The notes beneath the pieces are model-generated. The model saw only the letters and a program-made list of their open reading frames with translations. It was not told where the DNA came from and did not search any database. Shown here piece after piece: positions 37,848 to 47,891 of a stretch of DNA of 64,000 nt; the stretch's first letter is position 1; each line of letters begins with the position of its first letter. The DNA is from an uncultured virus (IMG/VR IMGVR_UViG_3300035698_029469) (taxonomy: Duplodnaviria > Heunggongvirae > Uroviricota > Caudoviricetes), in the IMG/VR virus record IMGVR_UViG_3300035698_029469; one strand, 5' to 3'. A program made the position numbers and the translations under genes.

Positions 37848-38357
37848 ATGATAAAAGAATCATTTTTAGAAAATTGCCTTCATTGGCCGCCGGTATTTGG
37901 ATTGAAATGTCGTTATCATATTATTGAATTTTATTACGGATCAGAAACTAAATTAAAATTTGACGATGTTGATATAAAAACTATAAGAAATTATAATATA
38001 ATACTTCAATATGCCAATATTAATCATAATGTTTATATATTGGAAGGATTTTTCGATAGAATTAATAATAAATATTGGACCGGAAATGAATATATGGTAC
38101 AAGGTTGTCTTTATTATAATTATCTTCTTCGAAATTTAGAATGTTTCATGGATGTTAATAATTTTCTTAATCGGCGGGATTCTTTTGCCGTGTTTGAGGC
38201 TTTGGTAGATTTAAATAAATTGCCGATGATAACATTGCGGGAAATAATAGATATAGATAAATTAAGAACCCTAACCGTGTTATATAGAACGGGATCCCCG
38301 ATAAACTTTATAAGAAGAATAGCCAAAACAGTATTACAAAAAATAGGAGCTGAATAA
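37848..38357 (+). CDS. Hypothetical protein with shared C-terminal helical motif
   Basis: IDIDKLRTLTVLYRTG..IAKTVL. Confidence 0.6.
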   Translation: MIKESFLENCLHWPPVFGLKCRYHIIEFYYGSETKLKFDDVDIKTIRNYNIILQYANINHNVYILEGFFDRINNKYWTGNEYMVQGCLYYNYLLRNLECFMDVNNFLNRRDSFAVFEALVDLNKLPMITLREIIDIDKLRTLTVLYRTGSPINFIRRIAKTVLQKIGAE

Positions 38358-38358
38358 A

Positions 38359-38838
38359 ATGCCGAGCGGTAAAAATCACTTAGAAGAAGCCGGGAAATTG
38401 TGGGCGGCCTCTTGTATTTTAATAATAATCGCGCTTCCTGTTTTATTTTATAATTATGATTTCGATAAAATCGGATATTTGATTATAATTGTTTGTGTTA
38501 TTGGATCGTTAATTTCGATGCCGTTTGTATTACTTGGAGCGCTTTTGCCGGATATCGATCATCCGAAATCAACATTGGGTCGGTATTACAATGCCTGGCT
38601 TTTTAGATTTATGTTTAACGTTCAGCATCGTGGTAGAACTCATAAATATAGAGTGGCGCTCTTATATGGACTTATCGGGTTCTTATTTTGGATTCCGCTT
38701 ATTTGGTTTCCGAGTTGGTGGTTTTTGTGGTATTTCGGCGGGTATGTTGGCCTGGGCGCCGGGTATGGATACGCCAACCATATCTGGCTTGATAATAACT
38801 ATTCTATGCAGGACGGTAAATTAAAAAGGAAGTGGTAA
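38359..38838 (+). CDS. Membrane-bound metal-dependent hydrolase (YdjM-like)
   Basis: MPSGKNH, GALLPDIDHPKS, HRGRTH, GYANHIWLD. Confidence 0.85.
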   Translation: MPSGKNHLEEAGKLWAASCILIIIALPVLFYNYDFDKIGYLIIIVCVIGSLISMPFVLLGALLPDIDHPKSTLGRYYNAWLFRFMFNVQHRGRTHKYRVALLYGLIGFLFWIPLIWFPSWWFLWYFGGYVGLGAGYGYANHIWLDNNYSMQDGKLKRKW

Positions 38839-38839
38839 A

Positions 38840-39226
38840 ATGAAATTAAAAGATATACTTTATGGATCGCCGAATCTCAACGGACCCAGGAGTTGTACAT
38901 TTAATGAGAATATTAAAACATCATATGATTTTAGTGTTGTTACAGCAAAAAGTGAACGGCAAACAAATTATGAAACTTTCCATATACAAATTATGAATTA
39001 CGGCGTTCGATTTTGGATAAGATCGTACAACTGTGATAGTCCGTTTGATCCCAATGGTATGTGGTTAAATTCTATCGATAAGATGTTAAAAACACATAAT
39101 GAAGCTATTAATATATTATATCATCTTTATGAATATAGCAATACAAAAGAAGATATACTTGAGGTAATATATGAAATAGAAAAGAAATTGCCATACGGCC
39201 ATCGCGCCGCTTGGTTTGAGGAGTGA
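38840..39226 (+). CDS. Hypothetical protein ending GHRAAWFEE
   Basis: Tiled; tail resembles the HRKSWF family. Confidence 0.6.
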   Translation: MKLKDILYGSPNLNGPRSCTFNENIKTSYDFSVVTAKSERQTNYETFHIQIMNYGVRFWIRSYNCDSPFDPNGMWLNSIDKMLKTHNEAINILYHLYEYSNTKEDILEVIYEIEKKLPYGHRAAWFEE

Positions 39227-39232
39227 TGATAA

Positions 39233-39430
39233 ATGATTGATTATATTTTGTGGGCGCTTGAGTGGGGGTTCAAATTGGTCTGCCCTGTCAAACCCAAAAG
39301 GAAGGAGTGCTTCTATTGTAAGCAGACGTTGTTTTATCACACCCGCGTTTATAAGATACGCTTTAAACAACACAGAGATGCGTGCCGAATCAATTATATT
39401 GTAAGACTTTCGGGAGGCGTCGTGATATAA
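39233..39430 (+). CDS. Small Zn-binding protein
   Basis: GGAGTGA SD; CFYC..H..C. Confidence 0.55.
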   Translation: MIDYILWALEWGFKLVCPVKPKRKECFYCKQTLFYHTRVYKIRFKQHRDACRINYIVRLSGGVVI

Positions 39431-39646
39431 ATGAGGGGTAAATGTCGAATATGCGACCGAACAACCGATCTCGATAAACATCATATAATATCGCAGAGTA
39501 AGTATCCGAGATATAAACGAAAACCCGGCAATATAGTAAAGATTTGCCGGCCCTGTCATAAAAAAACCTGTAGTTGGGGAGCCAGGAAGATATATGCCGC
39601 TAAAAGTAAAAAGTCAAATAAGAGGAAACAAAGGAGGAAACGATGA
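39431..39646 (+). CDS. HNH endonuclease
   Basis: CRIC..LDKHHII..NIVKICRPCH. Confidence 0.8.
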   Translation: MRGKCRICDRTTDLDKHHIISQSKYPRYKRKPGNIVKICRPCHKKTCSWGARKIYAAKSKKSNKRKQRRKR

Positions 39647-40011
39647 GAATGAAATTTAGAACGGGGTTTGTTAGCAACTCAAGTAGTTCGTCATATGTGG
39701 TTTTGGGAGTTTTTGTTTATAACGAAATAATTGAATTGATAAATAAAGCAGTAGAAAACGGAGATCTAAATCTAGCTTTGGATATTATGGTAGAGTGTTG
39801 CAATAGTTTTGATAGTGATTGTGATGGATATTTAGGAATGGGAATATCGGTAAATAACAATCATGAGGCCAAAATCACAATGCCGGAGAATATTACAATT
39901 TCTGATTTAAAGAAAAAAATAGTAGCCGAAATTTGTTATATTAATAACATTTTAGGTACAAAAATATCGACCGACGTCAAATCATACGGTAACGCGTGGA
40001 CAAATACATAA
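39643..40011 (+). CDS. Viral protein of the MK.R.GFVSNSSSSS family, function unknown
   Basis: N-terminal MKFRTGFVSNSSSSSYVV. Confidence 0.7.
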   Translation: MRMKFRTGFVSNSSSSSYVVLGVFVYNEIIELINKAVENGDLNLALDIMVECCNSFDSDCDGYLGMGISVNNNHEAKITMPENITISDLKKKIVAEICYINNILGTKISTDVKSYGNAWTNT

Positions 40012-40338
40012 ATGGGTGGTAAAATGAAAAGAACAAGACTTGAAGTTAAAATTGGCGGAATTAAATTATTATGTCAGTATATTATGTCGGTAAATAATAA
40101 TATTGGAAATTATTTAATTAAAAGTGGATGTAGTGTCCAAGATTATAATAATATTAATTTTCAAACTGAATGTGAAATATTAGAAACATATTATTATGAT
40201 AGTAATAATTTAGAGATTAATCAATTAACTCTTACAATTACAAATTTTGAAATTATTGAATCAATAATACGTAATGGTGTAAACGGTTTTTATTTCCAAA
40301 TAAGAGCTACAAGAAAAATGTCGGAATATAGAATATAA
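40012..40338 (+). CDS. Hypothetical protein
   Basis: Tiled; AT-rich. Confidence 0.55.
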   Translation: MGGKMKRTRLEVKIGGIKLLCQYIMSVNNNIGNYLIKSGCSVQDYNNINFQTECEILETYYYDSNNLEINQLTLTITNFEIIESIIRNGVNGFYFQIRATRKMSEYRI

Positions 40339-40563
40339 ACCGACAAAAGGAGGAAGAAAAGATGAGTTTGAGAAAATCAAAGGCAAAGGACGTATTGGAT
40401 TGGATTACGGGAATCAGGGAGATTAATCGGCCAACTCGCAACCAAACTACAGGAGGTAGAAGAGGATGAATAAACAAATAACGGAGGCAGTCACGGCGGC
40501 CTATACCGCCTTTGTTAAACACCAAGATCAATCGATAACTCGGGAGATAATCGGGGTGTTAAA

Positions 40564-41400
40564 ATGAGTGATTCGGAATATAAAGAATTAGAAGAAATGT
40601 ATTATTATTTGGAAGGATTATTAAATGGAGTTGGTAATCCTTTGACATATTATGATATTGTAAAAGAAGTTGGCGTAAGCGGTAATAAATTAATAGGATT
40701 CTTTTCAGATAAAATGGCCTCTTATGATTTTTATTATCCTTTGGCATATAAATATCTTAATGGATTAATAACTATGCTCTATAGTAAATTTAAATCAATC
40801 AGATATTTAACTATTTCATTTCTTCATCGGATGTTTAAATTAATAAAAGTTAAAAAAGTTTACGCTATTGAAATTACAAATACAGTTTTAAATGTAATAA
40901 ATGATGATACTGATATTGAAGAACATCATATTATAGTTAGAATGTTAAGAAATTGTATATGGTTTCATTCAAGATTCGGAAGAAAAAAATTATTAGAAAT
41001 GACTGCCGAATATTTTAATTCTTGTTTATTAACAGAACCTAAAATTCCAAATAATCCAATATATCATAAATCAGGAACCGGGTATAGATTCACGATATTA
41101 TATTTATATTGGCGCTTTCAAAGAAAAAAAATCTATGAATATTTGGACGTTCCACATTTAAGATATGAAATTATTAGAAGAGATCTTATTAAGTTATCAA
41201 ATCGAGATATAGATAAATTAATTTTACAATATAATGATCCGAAATTAATTCAAAATTTATTACAAAAAAAGATACAACACGGTAAAATTAAAGTATCGGA
41301 AAATATAATGAATAAAATTGTAGCATTAAGGATGACGGATAATGATAACAACAGGCGAGAATTCTTTAAACGAACATTAAATGTGTTACAAATAAAATAA
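40564..41400 (+). CDS. Helical hypothetical protein with shared C-terminal motif
   Basis: KVSENIMNKIVALRMTDND..FFKRTL. Confidence 0.65.
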   Translation: MSDSEYKELEEMYYYLEGLLNGVGNPLTYYDIVKEVGVSGNKLIGFFSDKMASYDFYYPLAYKYLNGLITMLYSKFKSIRYLTISFLHRMFKLIKVKKVYAIEITNTVLNVINDDTDIEEHHIIVRMLRNCIWFHSRFGRKKLLEMTAEYFNSCLLTEPKIPNNPIYHKSGTGYRFTILYLYWRFQRKKIYEYLDVPHLRYEIIRRDLIKLSNRDIDKLILQYNDPKLIQNLLQKKIQHGKIKVSENIMNKIVALRMTDNDNNRREFFKRTLNVLQIK

Positions 41401-41597
41401 AATCCGACAAATGAGGTGGGAAAATGGTTAAAAATTGCAATAATTGTATTTATGAAAATAATTCTGAGGCTGATAGTAATTGTTTATGTTCGAAATATGT
41501 AATTATGTTTGGTTATATATCCGAATTGTGGAATGAAAATGTAGAAGTTCGTTATGCGGCAAAGTGCCCGAAATATAGAAAAACGGAGAGTGAGTAA

Positions 41598-41858
41598 ATG
41601 AATCAAGATAGTATGGATGAAATATTTAGATTAAATATTATAGCGTTGGCTACTTATATTCAAGCAGGGATTAAAGAGGCTCGGGATTTTCTTTTTATTA
41701 AAGAGATTAAAGAACGAAGAAACGCTTTTATAGAATGTACCAAATTTTATAAACAGGCTGATTCTAATCATGTTAATTATTATTTCATGATTGAAATACA
41801 TAAAATGTTTACCGACGCTGTTAAAGAAATGAATATAATAATAGAAAGCGAAGAGTGA
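41598..41858 (+). CDS. Hypothetical protein
   Basis: GGAGAGTGA SD. Confidence 0.6.
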   Translation: MNQDSMDEIFRLNIIALATYIQAGIKEARDFLFIKEIKERRNAFIECTKFYKQADSNHVNYYFMIEIHKMFTDAVKEMNIIIESEE

Positions 41859-41862
41859 TAAT

Positions 41863-42267
41863 ATGAGTAATTCAGAAGAAAGTAATGAAATGAATTTGAC
41901 AGAAAAAGAACTAACGAAAGATATGATTATTCAGACTTTTAATAATGCTTATGGTATAAATACTCAAAAATATCCAGAATGGACATGGACAACTAATAAA
42001 TCGTTAGAAGTTAATAATTTATCATATAATATTTATACTTGGACCAGTGAAATGATATTCAGTATTAATAAAGAATTGGGATCTGTTTTTATACTTAAGA
42101 TTTATAAAGATCCGCCGCATTCTTATTATATTACAAATTTAACATTAGAAGAAGCCCAAAATATTTTAACAGTTGTAAGACTTACTGTAATATCAAGAGG
42201 TTCAGCCCAAATTAAACAATTGTTTGATGATTTATTAAACAAAATTCAGGAATATATTGATAATTGA
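41863..42267 (+). CDS. Hypothetical protein with shared C-terminal motif
   Basis: NLTLEEAQNILTVVRLT..IKQLF. Confidence 0.6.
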   Translation: MSNSEESNEMNLTEKELTKDMIIQTFNNAYGINTQKYPEWTWTTNKSLEVNNLSYNIYTWTSEMIFSINKELGSVFILKIYKDPPHSYYITNLTLEEAQNILTVVRLTVISRGSAQIKQLFDDLLNKIQEYIDN

Positions 42268-42338
42268 TTATAGATGATATTGTAACTAATTATCATAGAG
42301 ATAATCAAATTACACTTGATCAATGGATGGAAAAATAA
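42264..42338 (+). CDS. 24-aa micropeptide with archaeal PIP-box (QITLDQWM)
   Basis: TTG overlaps the upstream TGA; stop is 3 nt before the next ATG; sequence LIIDDIVTNYHRDNQITLDQWMEK. Confidence 0.55.
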   Translation: MIIDDIVTNYHRDNQITLDQWMEK

Positions 42339-42341
42339 AAT

Positions 42342-42797
42342 ATGAGTATTGGATTATTAATAACGTCGGATGATAACGGCAAAACATTTGCAGATTTAGA
42401 TATATCTTATAAACATATAGGTATTATGGTTATAGATGCTGATTCTGTTATAGTAGAGAATATAACTATTTATAATGTAGAATATCCAATTGTAATTATC
42501 GGCGGTGAAAATTGTATCTTTAAAGATATAATAGCTTTTGAATTAGGAAGGAGTAATATTGTTGGTTCATATAAAGTTAAAATCGGAAATTATAACCAAT
42601 GGTTTAACTGTCTCCTTGATAATTCTTATATGTCATTGTCTTATGATTTTCAATATTTTGTGATGTTAGCTATAAAACATAAAATGATTAAATTGACTGA
42701 TAGTCAATTAGCCGTAATTACAATACTACGATTAATAACAAATGATGAAAGAGTTAGAGATATTTGCAAAGAATTAATTAATGAATTAGAGGAATAA
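42342..42797 (+). CDS. Short beta-helix domain plus shared C-terminal motif
   Basis: GIMVIDADSVIVENITIYNVEYPIVII; KLTDSQLAVITILRLITND..ICKEL. Confidence 0.6.
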   Translation: MSIGLLITSDDNGKTFADLDISYKHIGIMVIDADSVIVENITIYNVEYPIVIIGGENCIFKDIIAFELGRSNIVGSYKVKIGNYNQWFNCLLDNSYMSLSYDFQYFVMLAIKHKMIKLTDSQLAVITILRLITNDERVRDICKELINELEE

Positions 42798-42800
42798 AAT

Positions 42801-43118
42801 ATGAAAGCAACGGAAATTTTGGACTTATTCAAGGACCCGATTAACATTTACACAGACCAAATCGGAACTTGGACTCTACTCACTAAAGATGATCGTGTTA
42901 TATTTATTTTCGGCGATAAGATTGAAATAAAATCTGCAAACGAACACTTTGAACCCGATGAAATATCTTATTTGCTGGCTAAAGGTATATTTAGCGCCGT
43001 AGCATTTTTTAGAGGCGAGCGCTATTTTATAAATTGTAGCGTCGATGAATTTGAAATAATCGGCAAACTTATGTTTGATATTATAAGCACTATTAAAAAT
43101 CATATCGGATCAGTTTGA
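42801..43118 (+). CDS. Hypothetical protein
   Basis: GAGG SD; tiled. Confidence 0.55.
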   Translation: MKATEILDLFKDPINIYTDQIGTWTLLTKDDRVIFIFGDKIEIKSANEHFEPDEISYLLAKGIFSAVAFFRGERYFINCSVDEFEIIGKLMFDIISTIKNHIGSV

Positions 43119-43331
43119 GGAGGAATAAAAATGAATTATAAATTAATACGGGACCCTTCGCCGGCAAGCCGGCTCTGGGCAAAATTAAAGAAATCCGAGA
43201 CATTTACCACCGTCTGCGCCGGGGCTTTCCGCCCAACATCATGCACCGGGCACCACGGGACATTTGCCGGCTTTAGAGCCACAAAAAATGGTAAAATGTC
43301 GGTTTATTGATAGTAATGCGACATTTTGAAT

Positions 43332-43877
43332 TCAACGTATCGGAGGAATAGATCCCGGGGGACCTAAATACTCATGAACTGGCCAATTCGGCAAATCAAC
43401 ACAATAAAGTCCGGGGCTTTGCTTCAATTCAATTTCAATTTTGGCCCGAATAACCCGGGCAATACTCGGGTAATCCCGGGGGCCGATTTTGTTTGCATAG
43501 ATCAGATAATCATAAGTGTTGGCTCCCCGCTTATCTATGTAAATTAAACCACCGCTCACCATATCTACAAGCACAACAAGCTTTTGCCGGTCCAACCCTT
43601 CAACTAAATCTAATAAATCAGCGGCGGTAATTCCGGGGTTCTCGTATATTGCCTGCCAAAGATCGAAAGTTAGTTGCCAAACCGTTTCGTTCGGGATATT
43701 GATTTCTCGCTTGTAAGAATGCACCGACTCATGAAATTTCCGGATTATTTCATACGAAGCGCGATCTACGCCGTGTTTGTGCACGGTATATTCGGCCGGG
43801 CGCCAGAGAATTGGGAGAAAGCCGAATTCGGTTTGATGTTGGTCCAGGATTTTCTCGGTGGTCGATTTGGTATTCAT
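43332..43877 (-). CDS. Winged-helix-containing protein, divergent from the helicase gene
   Basis: AIYENPGITAADLL..DMVSGGLIY; TATA-like TTATATA upstream (about 43910). Confidence 0.55.
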   Translation of the reverse strand: MNTKSTTEKILDQHQTEFGFLPILWRPAEYTVHKHGVDRASYEIIRKFHESVHSYKREINIPNETVWQLTFDLWQAIYENPGITAADLLDLVEGLDRQKLVVLVDMVSGGLIYIDKRGANTYDYLIYANKIGPRDYPSIARVIRAKIEIELKQSPGLYCVDLPNWPVHEYLGPPGSIPPIR

Positions 43878-44162
43878 AGGATTCCCCCAATAAAAAAAAC
43901 ACGGTAAACTTATATAAGATTTTACCATAATTTAACTTACGCTTCAAATTTCGGCCTGAAATTTGTCAAAGATGAAAGAAAAAGCCGGCGAGGCGTCGCC
44001 GGTTGGAAAAAAAAGAGTTGAGGCTTAGGGCGGCAACCCTATTAGCCAAAAACGTTAAAGAGGGTCTAATAATGAATGTTAATTTTATTATATATAAGCC
44101 TTATTACTCCTTTTGCGTTTTTCTTAAATTTTATATGTTTATGAAATAAAGGAGGCGGTCGA

Positions 44163-45923
44163 ATGGCCATTTCTCAGGAAATTTCAGAATTATTAGAAGG
44201 TTTTAATGATTTTATGTGTTTGGATGAATCCGAACACTCTCGTCAAGAACCCGATTACCCTCTCGGGATGACTGATGATGATACAATTTTATACGGCCTT
44301 GGAAACTGCGGTAAAATGGCTGTTGATGCCGGCGTTACGGTACGTGAGCTTCTCGAGAATGATATAATTAATTTAAATATTAGTAAAACAGAATCCGACG
44401 CTATTAAATGTTCACAGTTACAAGAGCGCTTTATTCCGTTTGTGGCTTCTAAAATCGGGCAACAACCCTGTATTGAATGTCAGGTGATGCGGAAAGAACG
44501 AATTGAAACTGATGAGCTTGACAATATTATTTTAATGAACACAGATGATCAAAGTATTGCCGATATTGTGACCGGCATGATTGCGCCGTTTGCACGGTAT
44601 GATCCCGCTTCAAAAAAGAAATGGTGGTTTTATAATGGCCGGAAATGGGAGTTAATCGATGAAGAAGATATGTTAGGTATTCTCGGCGAGGCCTGTAATT
44701 TTATATGTGATGTGTATACCACAATGCAGAACTATGCCGTTGAATCCGAAAAAATGAAGCGCGTAAGTCGAATCAAGAATCTAAACCCGCGCCGGACTAT
44801 TATGGGAATGCTACAAACTAAAAAAACACTTAGAATTTATGAAAAGAATATTATTGAACCCGTTAATTTTTTAAACTTTAATAATGGAACGCTTGATATT
44901 AATACACTCCGGTTTTCTTTTCATAGTCAAGCAGATATGTTCAAATATGTTATTCCTTATAATTATCGACCGCCGGAACTAATGATCGACGGAAATTCGA
45001 TTATTGATCCCGATGTTGAATGCCCGCTATTTTGGCATTTTTTACAACAAATTTCATCGGCAAACCATTTACCCCCAGATTTTGAATGGATTGAATATGT
45101 GCTAACTGTTATGGCGGCAACGCTTTTTCGGGGCTGTGCTACGAAGAATTTCTTTGTATGTTGGGGAGAGGAAGGTCGGAATGGAAAGGGAGCATTTCTT
45201 CGGATTATTGGATATGTTTTCGGCGAGTTTGTGAAAGGGTGCGCATCTAGGACTTTCCAGGTATCTAATCGGGGAGAAAAGCGCGAAGATTTAGCCCGAT
45301 TGAACGGGCCGCGGCTGATTTTGCCGTCTGAGCCGGAAGAAAATGTAGAATTTGATACCGCGATTATTAAACAGGTCACCGGCGACGATGATATGGTGAA
45401 TCGGGCACTATACGAACAATTATCACAACACAAAACGACGTACACGTGTTGGCTGCAATGTAATCATGTTCCAAGGGTTAATAAGTGGGACGGCGCAATT
45501 ATTGAGCGGATGCGGGTAATTCCGTTCGATTTTTCAATTACTAAAGCCGGCGGTCGCGATCCCGATTTAGAATCGAATATTATAAGAGAGGCGCCGGGAA
45601 TTATGAATTTATTATTGAGTCGCGTGCCGACGGCGGTGGCGGCCAGGTTTGAGATTGTGCCGCCGGATCGGATTTTGAAAACCACGGAATTTGTTAGAAC
45701 TATGCAAGATCCGATTGGGTCGTTTTTCCGGGAGCGCGTTGAGTTGAAGGTCCCGGTAACAGCAGCGGTGAACAAGAGTGTGTTGTATCGGGCGTTTATA
45801 CGATTTTCCGGCGCTACTTATATTAGCGATAAGGCGTTTTCCCGCAGGGCGAAGATGAGGTATAAATTGATTGAGAATAACTCGCATCGGAATCGAACAT
45901 GGATGCGAATGATTTTAAAGTGA
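44163..45923 (+). CDS. P4/D5-family SF3 helicase (D5_N plus ATPase) with Cys-rich N-terminus; no catalytic primase domain recognised
   Basis: LNFNNGTLD; Walker A GEEGRNGKG; ARLNGPRLILPSEP; IKQVTGDD..RALYE; CNHVP; RMRVIPF; AGGAGG SD. Confidence 0.9.
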   Translation: MAISQEISELLEGFNDFMCLDESEHSRQEPDYPLGMTDDDTILYGLGNCGKMAVDAGVTVRELLENDIINLNISKTESDAIKCSQLQERFIPFVASKIGQQPCIECQVMRKERIETDELDNIILMNTDDQSIADIVTGMIAPFARYDPASKKKWWFYNGRKWELIDEEDMLGILGEACNFICDVYTTMQNYAVESEKMKRVSRIKNLNPRRTIMGMLQTKKTLRIYEKNIIEPVNFLNFNNGTLDINTLRFSFHSQADMFKYVIPYNYRPPELMIDGNSIIDPDVECPLFWHFLQQISSANHLPPDFEWIEYVLTVMAATLFRGCATKNFFVCWGEEGRNGKGAFLRIIGYVFGEFVKGCASRTFQVSNRGEKREDLARLNGPRLILPSEPEENVEFDTAIIKQVTGDDDMVNRALYEQLSQHKTTYTCWLQCNHVPRVNKWDGAIIERMRVIPFDFSITKAGGRDPDLESNIIREAPGIMNLLLSRVPTAVAARFEIVPPDRILKTTEFVRTMQDPIGSFFRERVELKVPVTAAVNKSVLYRAFIRFSGATYISDKAFSRRAKMRYKLIENNSHRNRTWMRMILK

Positions 45924-45933
45924 ATTCGCCGCC

Positions 45934-45968
45934 GGGTCTTGCCGCAACCGAAAGACGGACCCTTTTTT
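45934..45968 (+). terminator. Hairpin plus T-run terminator after the helicase gene
   Basis: GGGTC...GACCC stem followed by TTTTTT. Confidence 0.55.
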
Positions 45969-46008
45969 CGCCTCGCTATAATCAATCAATCGTTTTAAAA
46001 CTATCAGC

Positions 46009-46459
46009 GGGGCAATTACAAAAAGTTTTAAACAAAGCTAACAGCAGAGTTTTTACTTTAACCAATTTTTAGAGAACGGGGGCGATTAGGTTTTTTCATT
46101 CTAAGCCTCACAGCGAACATTTAAGGCTTTTTAAAGACCTCTAGCTCGAGGAAAGTGCGGGGGCGATTGTAAGCCGTTTTACAAAATTTTTCTGGGAAAT
46201 ATCTTCCATGTGTGTGCGAGACGCTAATCGCCCCACTTAGGCGCTTTCCTTTCCCCAGACAGCTGTATATTATCGGAAACATATCCAGACGAAAACGTAA
46301 TCGCCTCTAATTGCCTCATGTATCATCATGCACATCCTAATCGCCCCACAATCGCCCCATTTCCCCCCCCTTATTCTTATCTCTTTATTCTCTTTAAGAA
46401 GAAGAATAAAGAGTTTATATTAAGTATTAGAGAAGAAAATAATCGCCTCAAATCGCCTC
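46009..46459. repeat. Iteron-like AAT(C/T)GCC(C/T)C repeats, putative replication origin
   Basis: Three minus-strand copies (about 46009, 46079, 46160) and seven plus-strand copies (46226, 46299, 46309, 46339, 46350, 46441, 46451), with an AT-rich tract at 46370-46440. Confidence 0.65.
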
Positions 46460-47157
46460 AAAATGAAATCTCCGTAAAGTAAGGATAATCCTTATTTTCG
46501 CGTTTTTCGCGGTTTCTTCGCGATATTACCGGCTGTGCAACTCGATATACCGAATTCATGCCGAATTTGTCGCGACTATTTTGCAGTGCGATCGCGATAT
46601 TACCCGCCGGGAACAACGTGTTTTAAGCGAAGTTCCATTTTTTTTGGTAAAACGGAACAATAAAACGTTGCATATTTATTGCACTTTGCTTAAATTGAGC
46701 AGAATCCAATTCTCTCGGCTCTTTAGAATTGATCAATCAATTTAAGAGAAAATAAACCCCCCGGCCAATTTAAGCGGGTTTTCGGGTCCCCGAAATCTTA
46801 AGCATCGGAACGGTGGGGGCGGAACCGGGGAAAATAGAGACGGTAGCGGTCTTTCTCTTTCTTAAATTAATGATAGAGACCTTTCGGCCGAGTGATTTTT
46901 GATGAGAAGAGCTAGAGCGCTCTCGGTCAAATTTACCCGTCACTATCGACCCTTTCGGTTAAGTAAAGCGATTCGCGAGTTTGATTCGCGAATAAGCTGA
47001 CGGAACTGAGTTCCACGCGCTGATCTCGATTGAAAGTGCGTGTACGCGGCCTTGTCGCCGCGGGTGTATTGTAGCGAAGCACGTATGATCAAGTGTAGTA
47101 TTTATATACTATCTACGTGTATACCTCACGATGGTCCGAATATCAATTTTATATCAC

Positions 47158-47425
47158 TTCGCCGAGAGCGCCGGATGTCCCCGTAGGTTGGCGAACTACG
47201 TCGTTTGGCGCTCTGCTTAACGTAGATATTTTGCTACCCAAAAATGGGTTGAACTTATTTCGCCGAAAGCGCTAGATGTCCCCGCTAATTAGCGAACTAC
47301 GTCGTTGAGTGCGAGAGTTTGACGTAGAAGATCACCTACCCAAAAATGGGTTCGACCTTTCGCGTGGTTGGGCGCGAGATCAAAAATGGTCAGATTTTTT
47401 CAGAAAATGGGTTCAACTTTTCGCG
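47158..47425. repeat. Imperfect 101-bp tandem repeat (2 copies plus partial)
   Basis: TTCGCCGA.AGCGC..GATGTCCCCG..GCGAACTACGTCGTT..ACGTAGA..CTACCCAAAAATGGGTT at 47158 and 47259; partial at about 47403. Confidence 0.8.
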
Positions 47426-47600
47426 TTTGCCGATCAAATATAAAATAAAGTGGAGTTGTAAACCCCGCGGTGGGGGTAAGCATTTCCACGAGCAAAGTCA
47501 ACCGAAGGTCCCCGACTGACCAAATGGTCAGTGCATTCGCGACAAACTCGGTAAACACCTGAGCAAAGCTTATATACTACGCGGGAGATATAATAGTATA

Positions 47601-47891
47601 ATGGAAGGAGAAATGAACACAATGGGAAACGACAACACAGATTGGCTCAACGATCTCTACGACGAATATGAGACACTCCCGCTCCCCGACTACCACTGTG
47701 ACAAGTGCGGCGAGCTTGTGCCGCCGACACATGAGATATGGGACAACAAGCGTTGGTGCGAACAATGCTGGAGTAATATACCCGACGGATATTGCCCCGA
47801 ATGCGGCAAGTGCCACAAAGACGGCTTCGATTGTCTCGAGGGTGTCGAACAGGTTCTAGACAACGATCTAGACTACGATTGGTGCGAGTAA
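47601..47891 (+). CDS. Acidic Zn-finger protein in the repeat-rich region
   Basis: CDKC, CEQC, CPECGKC; TTATATA box at 47570; GGAGAAATGA linker before the internal Met. Confidence 0.65.
   Translation: MEGEMNTMGNDNTDWLNDLYDEYETLPLPDYHCDKCGELVPPTHEIWDNKRWCEQCWSNIPDGYCPECGKCHKDGFDCLEGVEQVLDNDLDYDWCE

Noticed and set aside
44963..45887. Minus-strand ORFs within the helicase gene
   Set aside because: Antisense shadows.
46009..47425. CRISPR or mini-array
   Set aside because: The repeats are 9-mers at irregular spacing or 101-bp imperfect units, not constant repeats with unique spacers.
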